Positions 54,254 to 64,000 of a stretch of 64,000 nt of DNA are shown here, piece by piece; the first letter of the stretch is position 1; the number at the start of each line of letters is the position of its first letter. Position numbers and translations under genes: made by a program. Under the pieces are notes generated by a model. That model did not search any database, was not told the origin of the DNA, and worked only from the letters and a program-made list of their open reading frames with translations. This stretch comes from Candidatus Latescibacterota bacterium. GTDB lineage: Bacteria; Latescibacterota; UBA2968. The stretch is taken from positions 4,608,001-4,672,000 of the forward strand of contig OZ240241.1 of assembly GCA_965198115.1 (NCBI GenBank). The letters are read 5' to 3'.

Positions 54254-55627
54254 GAGTTCAGGTCAATAGGTGTGTAAAAGAAATCAGGCGGCCATCTTCC
54301 CGGTTTCGACCTGCGGTCCGGTTGAGTGTTTCTGATCGTAGACTTGTTGTAGCAAGTGTGGCGCGGTGAGTTTCCTGAATCGGCTCTCTGCGACCTTGAG
54401 CGTACGCCAGATGAGAGCCGTGGCGTTCCTGACTTTCTTGAATCGCCTGGCGGCGTTTGTGCGAAGCCGAACGGAAGCAAAGGGGCTCTCGACGACGTTC
54501 GTGGTTCTCAGGTGTTTCCAGTGTTCCTTCGGGAAGTCGTAGAACGTGACCATCCGATCCCAGTCTCTTTCGAGCGTCTCCACGGCGGCAGGGAACTGTG
54601 AGCGATACCGTGCGGCAAAGCGTTTCCGGAGCTTCTCGGCCTCCTTTTTCGTGCCGGCATAGGGGATCTGGACGAGCAGTGCGCGGGCTTCAGCCTGTGC
54701 ACGCTTGGCGACCTTGTCGAGCACGTTGAGGATCTTGTGGTTCCAGCACCGTTGTTGCCGGCTCTCTGGCCAGACCTGATCAACGGCCGCCCAGATGCCC
54801 ATATTCCCGTCCGCGGCGATCAGGACAGGATGTTCGAGCCCGCGATCCCGGAGATCCCGGAGCACCGTGAGCCAGGATTCTGTAGACTCTCGATAACCGG
54901 GTTCTATCGCCAGGATCTCCTTGCTGCCGTCGCTCATCGCGCCGATCACGACCAGCAGACACGCCTTCTCGCGCTCGAGCCCGGCTTTGACGTAGATGCC
55001 ATCAGCCCAGGCGTAGACCAGTTCGCGATTATCCAGACGCCTTTCTTTCCAGTCCTGGAAGTCGACCTCCCACTTCCCTCGAAGACGAGCGATCGAGGTC
55101 GGCGAAAGCGGCGCGCCATCACCGAGCAGCGCACGCAAAGACAACTCGAAGTCGCCCTGGGAGAGACCGTGGAGATAAAGGTCGGGAAGCAGATCTCCAA
55201 TGGCCCTGGTTCTCCGGGCGAACAGGGGGAGGATGCGGCTTTCAAACCGCTCTTCCAGACCACGAACCCGGGGACGCCGGACCTTGATCGTTCCGCAGCT
55301 CGTCGAGAGACGCCGGGGCTTGCCGTAGCCGTTCCTGTAGCCCCTGGAGCTATCGACCTCGGCTCGGCGCTCATACCACGACCGGCCCAAGAACGCGGTC
55401 GCCTCCTCCTCCAGAATGGACTGGAACCGGCCCTGGATCTCTTCACGGATCCAATCGTCAACCGTCTCCCACGTCGGCATGGACTTCAATGGGGCTCTAT
55501 GCGTATGTTCCTTCACGGCGATCCTCCTTCCCAACCGGGCCTCTCACCCGGTTTTGTGTGAATCAACTATCTCACGGGAAGGGTAGGGTCGCCCTTTCTC
55601 TTTTTCCACACCTTTTGATTATAGCTC
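54254..55627 (-). mobile_element. IS256 copy (1374 bp)
   Basis: Near-identical to 2005-3378; 9-bp TSD GTGCTTGAA at 54245-54253 and 55628-55636. Confidence 0.95.
54284..55534 (-). CDS. IS256-family transposase
   Basis: Differs from 2098-3348 by one residue near the C-terminus. Confidence 0.95.
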   Translation of the reverse strand: MGRRIAVKEHTHRAPLKSMPTWETVDDWIREEIQGRFQSILEEEATAFLGRSWYERRAEVDSSRGYRNGYGKPRRLSTSCGTIKVRRPRVRGLEERFESRILPLFARRTRAIGDLLPDLYLHGLSQGDFELSLRALLGDGAPLSPTSIARLRGKWEVDFQDWKERRLDNRELVYAWADGIYVKAGLEREKACLLVVIGAMSDGSKEILAIEPGYRESTESWLTVLRDLRDRGLEHPVLIAADGNMGIWAAVDQVWPESRQQRCWNHKILNVLDKVAKRAQAEARALLVQIPYAGTKKEAEKLRKRFAARYRSQFPAAVETLERDWDRMVTFYDFPKEHWKHLRTTNVVESPFASVRLRTNAARRFKKVRNATALIWRTLKVAESRFRKLTAPHLLQQVYDQKHSTGPQVETGKMAA

Positions 55628-56265
55628 GTGCTTGAATCTGGCTCTTCTCGTCTACACAGAGCACCATCGCGTTGTCCGGTGGGTTCAGGTATAGACCGAC
55701 GATATCCCTGACTTTCTCGACGAAGAAGGGATCGTTCGACAGTTTGAAGTGCTTCTGTCGATGCGGTTGCAGGCCAAAAGCTTTCCATACACGTTGAACC
55801 GAGGACTTGGAGAGCCCCGTCTCGTCGGCCATCGAACGACAGGTCCAGTGGGTGGCACCCTTCGGTTGCTTCTTGAGCGTCTTGTAGATGAGGGAGGAGA
55901 TCTCTTCGTCGCTGACCGACCGTGGCCCTCCAGGACGCAATTCGTCATACAGTCCCATCAAGCCTTGCTCGCAGAAGCGACGACGCCACTTGCCGACAGA
56001 CGCTCCGGACAACCCGACTCGTTCCGCGATCTCCTGATTGGTCAGACCGCAATCGCTCATCAAGACGATCTTCGCGCGACGCACCAAAGCGTGAGACATG
56101 CTACGCGAACGAGACAATGACTCGAGTTGATCGTGGACCTCATCACTGATGTTCAGTGGCTGTAACGGACGACCTCTAGCCATCGGTTCCTCCCAAGAAT
56201 GAGTGCTTGAGGAACCATACGACAGAATCGAATATTTTTCTAGTTATTCCCGGGACGTGACACTA

Positions 56266-57431
56266 GTGTCACGTCCCGCGTATAAGCTTCAAAAGTTTAT
56301 GGACTTTCTCGAGGATTGAATCTGCCGTGGCGGTCCAGACGAAGGGTGTAGAATTCTCGTTGTAGTGATCAGTGAATTTCTTGATGCAGGCGATCAGGTC
56401 CTTGACGCTTCTGAAGGTGCCTCGTCGAATGGCTCTTTGGGTGATGATACCGAACCAGATCTCTACCTGGTTCAGCCAGGAGGCATATGTTGGTGTGTAG
56501 TGCACGTGATATCGTTTCCGTGAGGCGAGCCAACGCTTGACGTTCGGGTGCTTGTGCGTGCCGTAATTATCGACGACCAGATGGATGTCGAGATCCTTTG
56601 GGACGTTCTTGTCGATGTGCTTGAGGAACTGAAGGAACTCTTTGTTGCGGTGTCTGGGCTTGCACTGAGTCAGAACTTTGCCGGATGCGATGTTGAGCGC
56701 TGCAAAGAGGGTGGTCGTGCCGTTCCGGATATAGCTGTGAGTGACGCCCTCGACGTATCCGAGACCCAAAGGAAGAATCGGTTGTGTCCGTTCGAGTGCT
56801 TGAATCTGGCTCTTCTCGTCTACACAGAGCACCATCGCGTTGTCCGGTGGGTTCAGGTATAGACCGACGATATCCCTGACTTTCTCGACGAAGAAGGGAT
56901 CGTTCGACAGTTTGAAGTGCTTCTGTCGATGCGGTTGCAGTCCAAAAGCTTTCCATACACGTTGAACCGAGGACTTGGAGAGCCCCGTCTCGTCGGCCAT
57001 CGAACGACAGGTCCAGTGGGTGGCACCCTTCGGTTGCTTCTTGAGCGTCTTGTAGATGAGGGAGGAGATCTCTTCGTCGCTGACCGACCGTGGCCCTCCA
57101 GGACGCAATTCGTCATACAGTCCCATCAAGCCTTGCTCGCAGAAGCGACGACGCCACTTGCCGACAGACGCTCCGGACAACCCGACTCGTTCCGCGATCT
57201 CCTGATTGGTCAGACCGCAATCGCTCATCAAGACGATCTTCGCGCGACGCACCAAAGCGTGAGACATGCTACGCGAACGAGACAATGACTCGAGTTGATC
57301 GTGGACCTCATCACTGATGTTCAGTGGCTGTAACGGACGACCTCTAGCCATCGGTTCCTCCCAAGAATGAGTGCTTGAGGAACCATACGACAGAATCGAA
57401 TATTTTTCTAGTTATTCCTGGGACGTGACAC
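56266..57431 (-). mobile_element. IS630-family element, intact tandem copy
   Basis: TIRs GTGTCACGTCCC; shares the TA at 56264-56265 with the previous copy. Confidence 0.95.
56269..57351 (-). CDS. IS630-family transposase
   Basis: HTH, VLCVDEKSQIQAL, VVDNYGTHK, SWLNQVEIWF. Confidence 0.96.
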   Translation of the reverse strand: MARGRPLQPLNISDEVHDQLESLSRSRSMSHALVRRAKIVLMSDCGLTNQEIAERVGLSGASVGKWRRRFCEQGLMGLYDELRPGGPRSVSDEEISSLIYKTLKKQPKGATHWTCRSMADETGLSKSSVQRVWKAFGLQPHRQKHFKLSNDPFFVEKVRDIVGLYLNPPDNAMVLCVDEKSQIQALERTQPILPLGLGYVEGVTHSYIRNGTTTLFAALNIASGKVLTQCKPRHRNKEFLQFLKHIDKNVPKDLDIHLVVDNYGTHKHPNVKRWLASRKRYHVHYTPTYASWLNQVEIWFGIITQRAIRRGTFRSVKDLIACIKKFTDHYNENSTPFVWTATADSILEKVHKLLKLIRGT

Positions 57432-57454
57432 TAGATTCCTCACAGGAACGCACA

Positions 57455-58900
57455 ATGAGTCGACGTCGCATTTTAACGATCGCAACGCTCGCTGCTCTCC
57501 TGCCAGATCCTGCACCGGCTCAAGAACAGGATCTGGTCGAAGGTCAGACACTCTACGATCAGGCCTGCGCCAAGTGTCACGGCGCCGACCTTCAGGGCGG
57601 CAAGGCTCAGAGTTTGATCGACGGTGTCTGGCAGTTCGGATCCTCGAGCAGTGACATTCGACGCAACATCAAACACGGGATCGCGCACCCGGGGATGCCC
57701 GCGTTCGACGGCGCACTGACCGACGACCAAATGCGCTCGATCGTGGCCTACATCGAACAGAAAGAGGAAGAAGCCGGCGTCGATCCCCCGCCCATCCCTT
57801 CGATCCTTCAGTCCATCAACTATCTGCACATCGACGTGGAGATCTTCGCAGAAGGACTCGAGATCCCGTGGGGCATCGACTTTCCGACTGCCAACACGGC
57901 CTTGATCACCGAGCGCCCTGGCCGTCTTCGAGTCGTTCGTGACGGAACGTTGATGGCCGAGCCAGTAAACGGGATTCCCGAAGTTGTGGCCGAAAGTCAG
58001 GGCGGCCTGATGGATGTTGCCATCGATTCGGGCCACGACCAGAACGGTTGGATCTACCTGTCCTACAGCCACAAGCTCGAAGGTATCCCCGAGGGCAAGC
58101 GGCGCGAGCTCGCGATGACCCGCATCGTACGTGGGAGAATCCAGAACAACACGTGGGTTGACCAGCAAGTCTTTTTCGAAGCGCCCCACGAAACCTATCT
58201 GACAACCCGCCATCATTATGGTTGCCGCATCGTGTTCGACCCGGACGGCTACCTATTCTTCGCCATCGGCGACCGCGGTCGTTCCAGCCAGGCCCAGGAA
58301 CTGACCCGACCTAACGGAAAGATTCACCGAATCCATCGCGATGGGCGGGTCCCCGATGACAACCCATTCACGAAGACTGACGAAGCCTTGCCCAGCATCT
58401 ACTCCTACGGACATCGGAATCCGCAAGGTCTCGCCATTCACCCCGAAACAGGCAAACTGTGGATCACCGAGCACGGACCGATGGGTGGCGATGAGCTGAA
58501 CCTCATCGAAGCCGGCCTCAACTACGGCTGGCCCGAGGTTTCATACGGTCTCAACTACGACGGGACGATCGTCACCGAACACGTGTCCTTGCCTGGCATG
58601 GAACAGCCAAACTGGTTCTGGCGACCCTCCATTGCGGTGTGCGGACTGGATTTCGTGAATGGGAGTCTTTTCAAGAGCTGGGAAAACCGTCTTCTCGTCG
58701 GCGCGCTCAAGTACGAAGAAGTCCAACTGCTGACGATCCACGACAATCGAGTCCTCCACTACGAAACCGTCCTCAAGAACGCCGGACGTGTCCGCGACGT
58801 CCAAACAGGCCCCGACGGCGCCATCTACATCGTCCTCAACAGACCTGGCACGGTTCTGAGGCTCACCCCGGGCGAGGGCCCGATGCCTCTCGACGAATAA
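57455..58900 (+). CDS. PQQ-dependent sugar dehydrogenase (GSDH type) with N-terminal cytochrome c
   Basis: Signal peptide, CAKCH heme motif, GL..PW, HYG.RI.F, YGHRNPQG, EHGP.GGDELN, GRVRDV. Confidence 0.93.
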   Translation: MSRRRILTIATLAALLPDPAPAQEQDLVEGQTLYDQACAKCHGADLQGGKAQSLIDGVWQFGSSSSDIRRNIKHGIAHPGMPAFDGALTDDQMRSIVAYIEQKEEEAGVDPPPIPSILQSINYLHIDVEIFAEGLEIPWGIDFPTANTALITERPGRLRVVRDGTLMAEPVNGIPEVVAESQGGLMDVAIDSGHDQNGWIYLSYSHKLEGIPEGKRRELAMTRIVRGRIQNNTWVDQQVFFEAPHETYLTTRHHYGCRIVFDPDGYLFFAIGDRGRSSQAQELTRPNGKIHRIHRDGRVPDDNPFTKTDEALPSIYSYGHRNPQGLAIHPETGKLWITEHGPMGGDELNLIEAGLNYGWPEVSYGLNYDGTIVTEHVSLPGMEQPNWFWRPSIAVCGLDFVNGSLFKSWENRLLVGALKYEEVQLLTIHDNRVLHYETVLKNAGRVRDVQTGPDGAIYIVLNRPGTVLRLTPGEGPMPLDE

Positions 58901-58920
58901 ATTCCGGTGTACACAAAAAA

Positions 58921-60347
58921 GGCTCTATCCGGGTTTCTCAACGGTGAAACTATAGAATGACAAGGTCATAGATCGTTCCCTACGCTTGGTTGTGTGTGTA
59001 GGACAATCAAAGCGAAGGGGGTGCGACCTATGACCGGGAGCAGATTACTATCGAAACTGCTGAGATTCAAGGGGTTCCGTGTTGTCAGCTGGTGGTTTGA
59101 GGGGAGAAGCTGCTTCGTCATCGCCGTAAAGCCACATAAGAATGGTTGTTGTTGTCCGGAGTGCGGCCGTCGAGGTAAAATCGTCCGCACAATGCCCCAT
59201 CCGCGTCGGTGGCGTGACATTCCGGTGTGCGGGTGGAGGGTCTGGCTTCTCTACCATCCTCGGGAGATTCGGTGTCCTACCCACGGTCGTGTGGTCGAGG
59301 AGATTCCGTGGGCGGAGCGGTTCTCTCGGGTGACGTATCGCTTCGAGTATGCCATGCTGCGCTACTGCCAGACCATGACGCAGAAGGCGGCGTCCGAGTT
59401 GCTGCGCATCTCTGCCTCGACGCTGTCGGATCTCCTTCACCGATCCATCACGCGGCTTCGTGAAGGTCATCGTATCCGAGGGCTCAAAACCATCGGGATC
59501 GACGAGATCTCCTACGCCAAGCGTCACAGGTACGCCACGCTCGTTTACGATCTGGACCGCTCCTGCGTGGTGTGGGTTGGCCGCGGCAGGGCGCGTAAAA
59601 CGATCGATCGGTTCTTCACAGAGGCTCTCAGTCCCTACCAGAGATCCAAGATCGAGTGGGCCTGCTGCGACATGAGCGAAGCTTGAAGCTTACATCGGAG
59701 CCATCCAGGAACACTGTCCGAATGCCAAGCTGGTCCTCGATCGCTTTCACATCGTCAAGGCTCTCAATGCCGCCGTTGACGAGGTCCGTAAGGACCAGTG
59801 GCGTAAAGCTGCCCCGGATGAGCGCAAAGCCATGAAGGGTCTCCGATGGCTCCTCTACCGGCACTCAGCGACACGCTCCAGAGGGGATACTCGGACACTC
59901 AAAGCACTGGAGAAGGCGAACTACCGAATCTATAGAGCCTGGAGACTCAAGGACGAGTTCGAGCAGTTCTGGGAATACAAAGCGCCCTGGGCTGCCGAAC
60001 GCTTCCTGAAATGCTGGACGACGTCCGCACTCAGAAGTCGACTTGAACCCCTGCGAAAGTTCGTCAGGACCCTGCGACAGCACTTCTTCGGCGTCCTCGC
60101 ATTCGTGAACACGCGTCTTACCAACGCCATCGCCGAAGGCCTCAACCGAATCGTCCAAATCGTCAAGAACCGAGCCAGCGGATTCCGCACACTCGACGCA
60201 TTCAACGATATGATCTTCCTTACCGTCGGAGACATAAACATCCCTGAGCAGATTCCGAAGAGGTTCCGCACACGCTAACCGCGCCCCGATGCCAGGAACC
60301 ACGGCACCTTCACCCACTTCAGCTCGTTGAGAGATCCGGATATAGCC
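58921..60347 (+). mobile_element. ISL3-family element (1427 bp), transposase broken by a 7-bp duplication
   Basis: Same TIRs as 37449; TSD CACAAAAAA; GAAGCTT duplicated at 59678-59691. Confidence 0.95.
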
Positions 60348-60411
60348 CACAAAAAAGGCTCCGCCATCCCGGCGAAGCCGTCTCTACGCTTGTCTTGTCA
60401 ATGGTCACCGG

Positions 60412-61409
60412 TCAGTGGTCATTCCCACCGCCGACTGCCGACCGCTCACGGGTTCTCTCTCTCTCTTCCAACGGCGTCCAGCCCTTACCCGGGCGATCGA
60501 TCTTCACCTTGTCCCACTGTTCCCGCAACTTCGCGAACTCGTCGGCATCCGTCAGTTCTTTTCCTGGCTCCTTGGGATCCCGAATCACGAAATAGGCTTC
60601 CCCAGGGAAACACGCCATCGTTACAGGATCCCGTTCCGGCGTATAGTCTGACGGCACCTCTCCGACGTTGCTCGGGACACTCGCATCCTGATACCGGAGA
60701 TCCATACTCCACCGAACAACCTCCGTGTTGTTCTCGAAGGATGCGTGCGGCGTCATGGCGGTCATGAACAGAACCGACCCCGCTGCCATTTCAACGGGCA
60801 TCGCCCCCTGGGGCACCTCCTCAGGTGCAATCTCCAGAAAGCCGGCGTGACCGCCTGTATAGTGCTGAATGATCCCTTTGTCCTGAACTTTAGGAATCAC
60901 CCACAGACAGCCGTTTTCGAGCGTGGAATCCACCAGCGGGACCCAACAGGTCACCATTTTATGTTCGTAGCAATGGGACAAGGAATAGCCAGCGTCCTGG
61001 TGCACGGGACCTCCCCCCGCAGGTACCCGGGCACCTTGGGCCGAATCCTGTAGATCGATGTCGCGACGATGTCGGGGCCGATGATGTCTTCGATGCAATC
61101 GATCAGAGGGCGATGTCGGAGTGCCTTCAGGATACCTGGACCGTGAAATCGTCCCGACGAGATCGTCATAAGCACCTCGTGGGCCGCATCGGGGTCGTGT
61201 CGATGAATCTTCGTAAGCCGCGTCTCGAACGACTCATCCCCGAAGTCCCGATCCAGCTTCCCCTCTCCCATCAGCTCATCGCACTTCTCCTGAATCGCCC
61301 CCGTCAAACCGTCCCGCAGAGGCTCCAGGTCCTTGTCTGAGTAGACCCCGTCTTTGACGAGGTACCCGAGTGTGTTGAATTGTTCTATCTCTTCCGTTGT
61401 CAGACCCAT
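60412..61409 (-). CDS. PhyH family dioxygenase (frameshift near 61000)
   Basis: FNTLGYLV, HQDAGY, ENGCLWVIP, PHAS..N...VRWSMDLRY. Confidence 0.88.
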
Positions 61410-61846
61410 TCGATGTGACTCCACGTTCGCCGGCTTGTGTCATCTATTCGCACTAAGTAAAAGATACCGTCAAACTGTGCGGAAGCCTGCCCCGAACGAA
61501 TGTGAGGGGAAGTGTCGGGCCTCGAAAGACACCAGGCAAGTCTGTTCTGACGCTTCACCGAATCGGGTTTCCCCCCACTTATACGTGTCGCGACAGGCGC
61601 CGGTAGGCTCTCACCTCCACGGATTTCTGTTCCAACTGCGGCGTACCCTCCCAACATCCGTGCCAACCCAGGGTTTGACCGCCTCCGTCGGATCGGCGCC
61701 CTGGGCTAAGTTCTGCCGCCCCTACAGGGCGGAAAGCTTCGCATTGACATCGTGACATCAGGCAGCCGGACGAACCTCGATCTCTTCCCCGAATCGGTCT
61801 CCGAATCCACGGACACTCCCCATTTCGTGTTCATCCGTGTTCAGGC

Positions 61847-61871
61847 GCCTGCCCTGAGCGCAGTCGAAGGG
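61847..61871. repeat. Interspersed repeat CCTGCCCTGAGCGCAGTCGAAGGG family
   Basis: Related copies at 20736 (reverse), 32400 and 53640. Confidence 0.7.
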
Positions 61872-61960
61872 TGGTTCCCCCGCCTCTACGCCCTTTCGCA
61901 GATTCTCCTGGTTCGTTATCCTGCGGGAGCAACGATCCCACCTCACACACGAGACCATCT

Positions 61961-62803
61961 ATGACCGAAGACGAAAAATACCTCTTCGACATCAACGGCT
62001 ACATCGTCGTGCGCGATGTTCTCTCCGATGAGGAAGTTGCGAAGGCCAACGAAGCCATCGATCACCACGCCGACAAGATCCGCGAACGTGTCGGCGACCT
62101 TTCCCTCTCACGCGACTCGAAGACACTAAAGGGCATCACGGGCCGGGGCGATCTGGGTGGTCTGCTGGCCTGGGAGAAGCCCTGGCGAGACCCTTTCCGC
62201 GCGATGATCGCGCATCCACGTATCGTGCCCTACCTGCACGAGATTCTAGGGCCCGGCTTTCGGATGGACCACAACGCCGGATTGATCACGATGCGAGAGG
62301 GCGCCGAGGGCCACACGTTCCACGGCTCGTCAGGCCCCGGTTTCGACCCTCACCAATACTACATCTTCAAAAATGGACGAATGCACAACGGCCTGACGGT
62401 CGCGTCCTGGCAGCTGGCCGACACGAACCCCGGAGACGGCGGCTTCTGCCTGATCCCGGGCAGTCACAAAGGTAACTTCACCTGTCCGGAGGCAATACGG
62501 AAATACGAGATCCATCGGGAATTCATCAAACAGATCACGGCCAAGGCGGGCGACGTCGTCATCTTCACCGAAGCCACGACGCACGGGACGCTCCCGTGGA
62601 AAGCCAAGCATCAGCGTCGCTCGCTCCTCTTCCGGTTTTCCCCCAACTGTCTGGCCTACGCCAAAAGCTACCTCCCCTGGCCAGAAGGAATGCTCGACGA
62701 TCTGACGCCCGAACAACAGGCCATTCTCGAACCGCCCTATCACACACGTCTGGACCGCCCGATGCTGGACGATGCGGGCAAACTGCCTACGTCAGGAGCC
62801 TGA
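61961..62803 (+). CDS. PhyH family dioxygenase with HGS in place of HxD
   Basis: YLFDINGYIV, FHGS, GGFCLIPGSHK, FTEATTHGTLPW, RR. Confidence 0.9.
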   Translation: MTEDEKYLFDINGYIVVRDVLSDEEVAKANEAIDHHADKIRERVGDLSLSRDSKTLKGITGRGDLGGLLAWEKPWRDPFRAMIAHPRIVPYLHEILGPGFRMDHNAGLITMREGAEGHTFHGSSGPGFDPHQYYIFKNGRMHNGLTVASWQLADTNPGDGGFCLIPGSHKGNFTCPEAIRKYEIHREFIKQITAKAGDVVIFTEATTHGTLPWKAKHQRRSLLFRFSPNCLAYAKSYLPWPEGMLDDLTPEQQAILEPPYHTRLDRPMLDDAGKLPTSGA

Positions 62804-62804
62804 C

Positions 62805-64000
62805 ATGAGCACACCCGACCTCTCCCTCCCGATCGTCGCACGCCTCTACCGCTACCGCAACATCCAGAGCGTGTTCCCCTTGCCCGACTGGGGCACCCTC
62901 GCCCAGTGGAAGCGCAAACGACAGCAGATTCGACAGCACCTATGGCTCACCACGGGGCTGAACGATCGCACGACTGCGTTCAGGGCAAAGGGACGCGTCA
63001 TCAAGACGTTCGAGCACCAGGGGATCGACATCGAGAACATCCGTGTCGAGACGTTGCCCGGACTCTATGTCATGGGCAACCTCTACCGTCCGAAGAACCC
63101 GAGTGGCAAACTCCCCCTTGTGCTGCATCCCCACGGCCACGGGATGCATTCGAGAACAGAGCCACTCGGTCACGGATCGGTCCCTCACCGCGCAATGAAC
63201 CACGCGTTCCACGGATTCGCGGCCTTTGCCTGGTCGATGATCGCCCACGCGAACGACGCCATGCAGATTGCCCATCGCGCGCTCCTCACCGGCAATGAGA
63301 AACGCGTCTGCAACCTTCTCGGGCTGAGCGTGTTCGGCCTCCAGACGAATAACAGTATGAAAGTGCTCGACTATCTCCTCACTCGAAGGGACATCGATGC
63401 CCGTCGGGTCGGTTGCACGGGCGAGTCCGGTGGAGCCACGCAGACCTATTTTCTCGCAGCGCTCGACGATCGTATCAAAGTCGCCGCCCCGGCGGTGATG
63501 CTCTCTGGCCATTTCCAGGGTGGCTGTGTCTGCGAAAACACACCGTTGCTCCACCTCGACTACAGCACCGTCGACTACGCTGCCCTGATTGCGCCTCGCC
63601 CTCTGTTCCTGACCGGCTGTACCGGCGACTGGACGCACCACATGAAGGAACGAGAACTGAAGAGTCTCCAAGAACTCTATGCGCTTTACGGGAAGGATGA
63701 GCTGATCGACGGTTTCTACCAGGACGAGGCCCATAACTATGATCGGCGGTCTCGTGAGCACGTACTGGCGTGGATGACACGCCATCTCGTCGATCCGTCG
63801 TTCTCTCGACGCCGCGTACCCGAATCGAAGAAACCCATTCCGACACGCGAGCAGCTTCTCGTTCACGACACGCCGGTTCCGCCCGTTTCAAACGCAGTCA
63901 CATCGCAAAAAGCCCTGATCGAAATGTGGCGAGATCTTCACCTGCGACCCGATCGAGAGCACAACATCACCGATATCCTCGGTCTCACGATGCCGACAAA
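62805..64000 (+). CDS. Alpha/beta hydrolase, acetyl xylan esterase-like (runs off the window)
   Basis: ETLPGLYV.GNLYRP, HPHGH, nucleophile GESGGATQT, GGCVCEN. Confidence 0.88.
   Translation, partial: MSTPDLSLPIVARLYRYRNIQSVFPLPDWGTLAQWKRKRQQIRQHLWLTTGLNDRTTAFRAKGRVIKTFEHQGIDIENIRVETLPGLYVMGNLYRPKNPSGKLPLVLHPHGHGMHSRTEPLGHGSVPHRAMNHAFHGFAAFAWSMIAHANDAMQIAHRALLTGNEKRVCNLLGLSVFGLQTNNSMKVLDYLLTRRDIDARRVGCTGESGGATQTYFLAALDDRIKVAAPAVMLSGHFQGGCVCENTPLLHLDYSTVDYAALIAPRPLFLTGCTGDWTHHMKERELKSLQELYALYGKDELIDGFYQDEAHNYDRRSREHVLAWMTRHLVDPSFSRRRVPESKKPIPTREQLLVHDTPVPPVSNAVTSQKALIEMWRDLHLRPDREHNITDILGLTMPT

Larger units (their letters stand above)
53715..56263 (-). mobile_element. IS630-family element interrupted by IS256
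   Basis: TIR GTGTCACGTCCC; transposase halves at 56183-55628 and 54253-53718; TA flanks. Confidence 0.95.

Overview
GC-rich bacterial chromosome segment. The gene content suggests a Latescibacterota/Poribacteria-like organism (inference): six PhyH-family Fe/2OG dioxygenases, two sulfatases, three Gfo/Idh/MocA oxidoreductases, three TIM-barrel isomerases, a DUF6785-like membrane protein and a surface protein with a DxDGDGxVGFxDF tail. The only housekeeping core is parE-parC. About 15 kb of the 64 kb (hand tally) is mobile DNA: three near-identical IS256 copies plus the end of a fourth, a related IS256, further IS256 and IS1182 fragments, three ISL3 copies, an IS200, two tandem IS630s, two non-autonomous elements and a broken P4-like integrase. 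Several of these are nested, with readable target-site duplications (TSDs). The best candidate for something new is an 817-bp TGT...ACA element (4930-5746) with 45-bp terminal inverted repeats (TIRs), no transposase, and cargo resembling a phage cos region plus the start of a terminase small subunit gene. Other points of interest: a FliG-C domain gene beside a mini-MotA with no other flagellar genes in view, a four-helix-bundle gene flanked by short-period repeats, a PhyH protein lacking the iron-binding carboxylate, and a topoisomerase IV with non-canonical motifs. Many single-base frameshifts may be sequencing errors. No rRNA, intact tRNA or CRISPR array was seen. All family calls come from motif recognition by eye, with no database searches.
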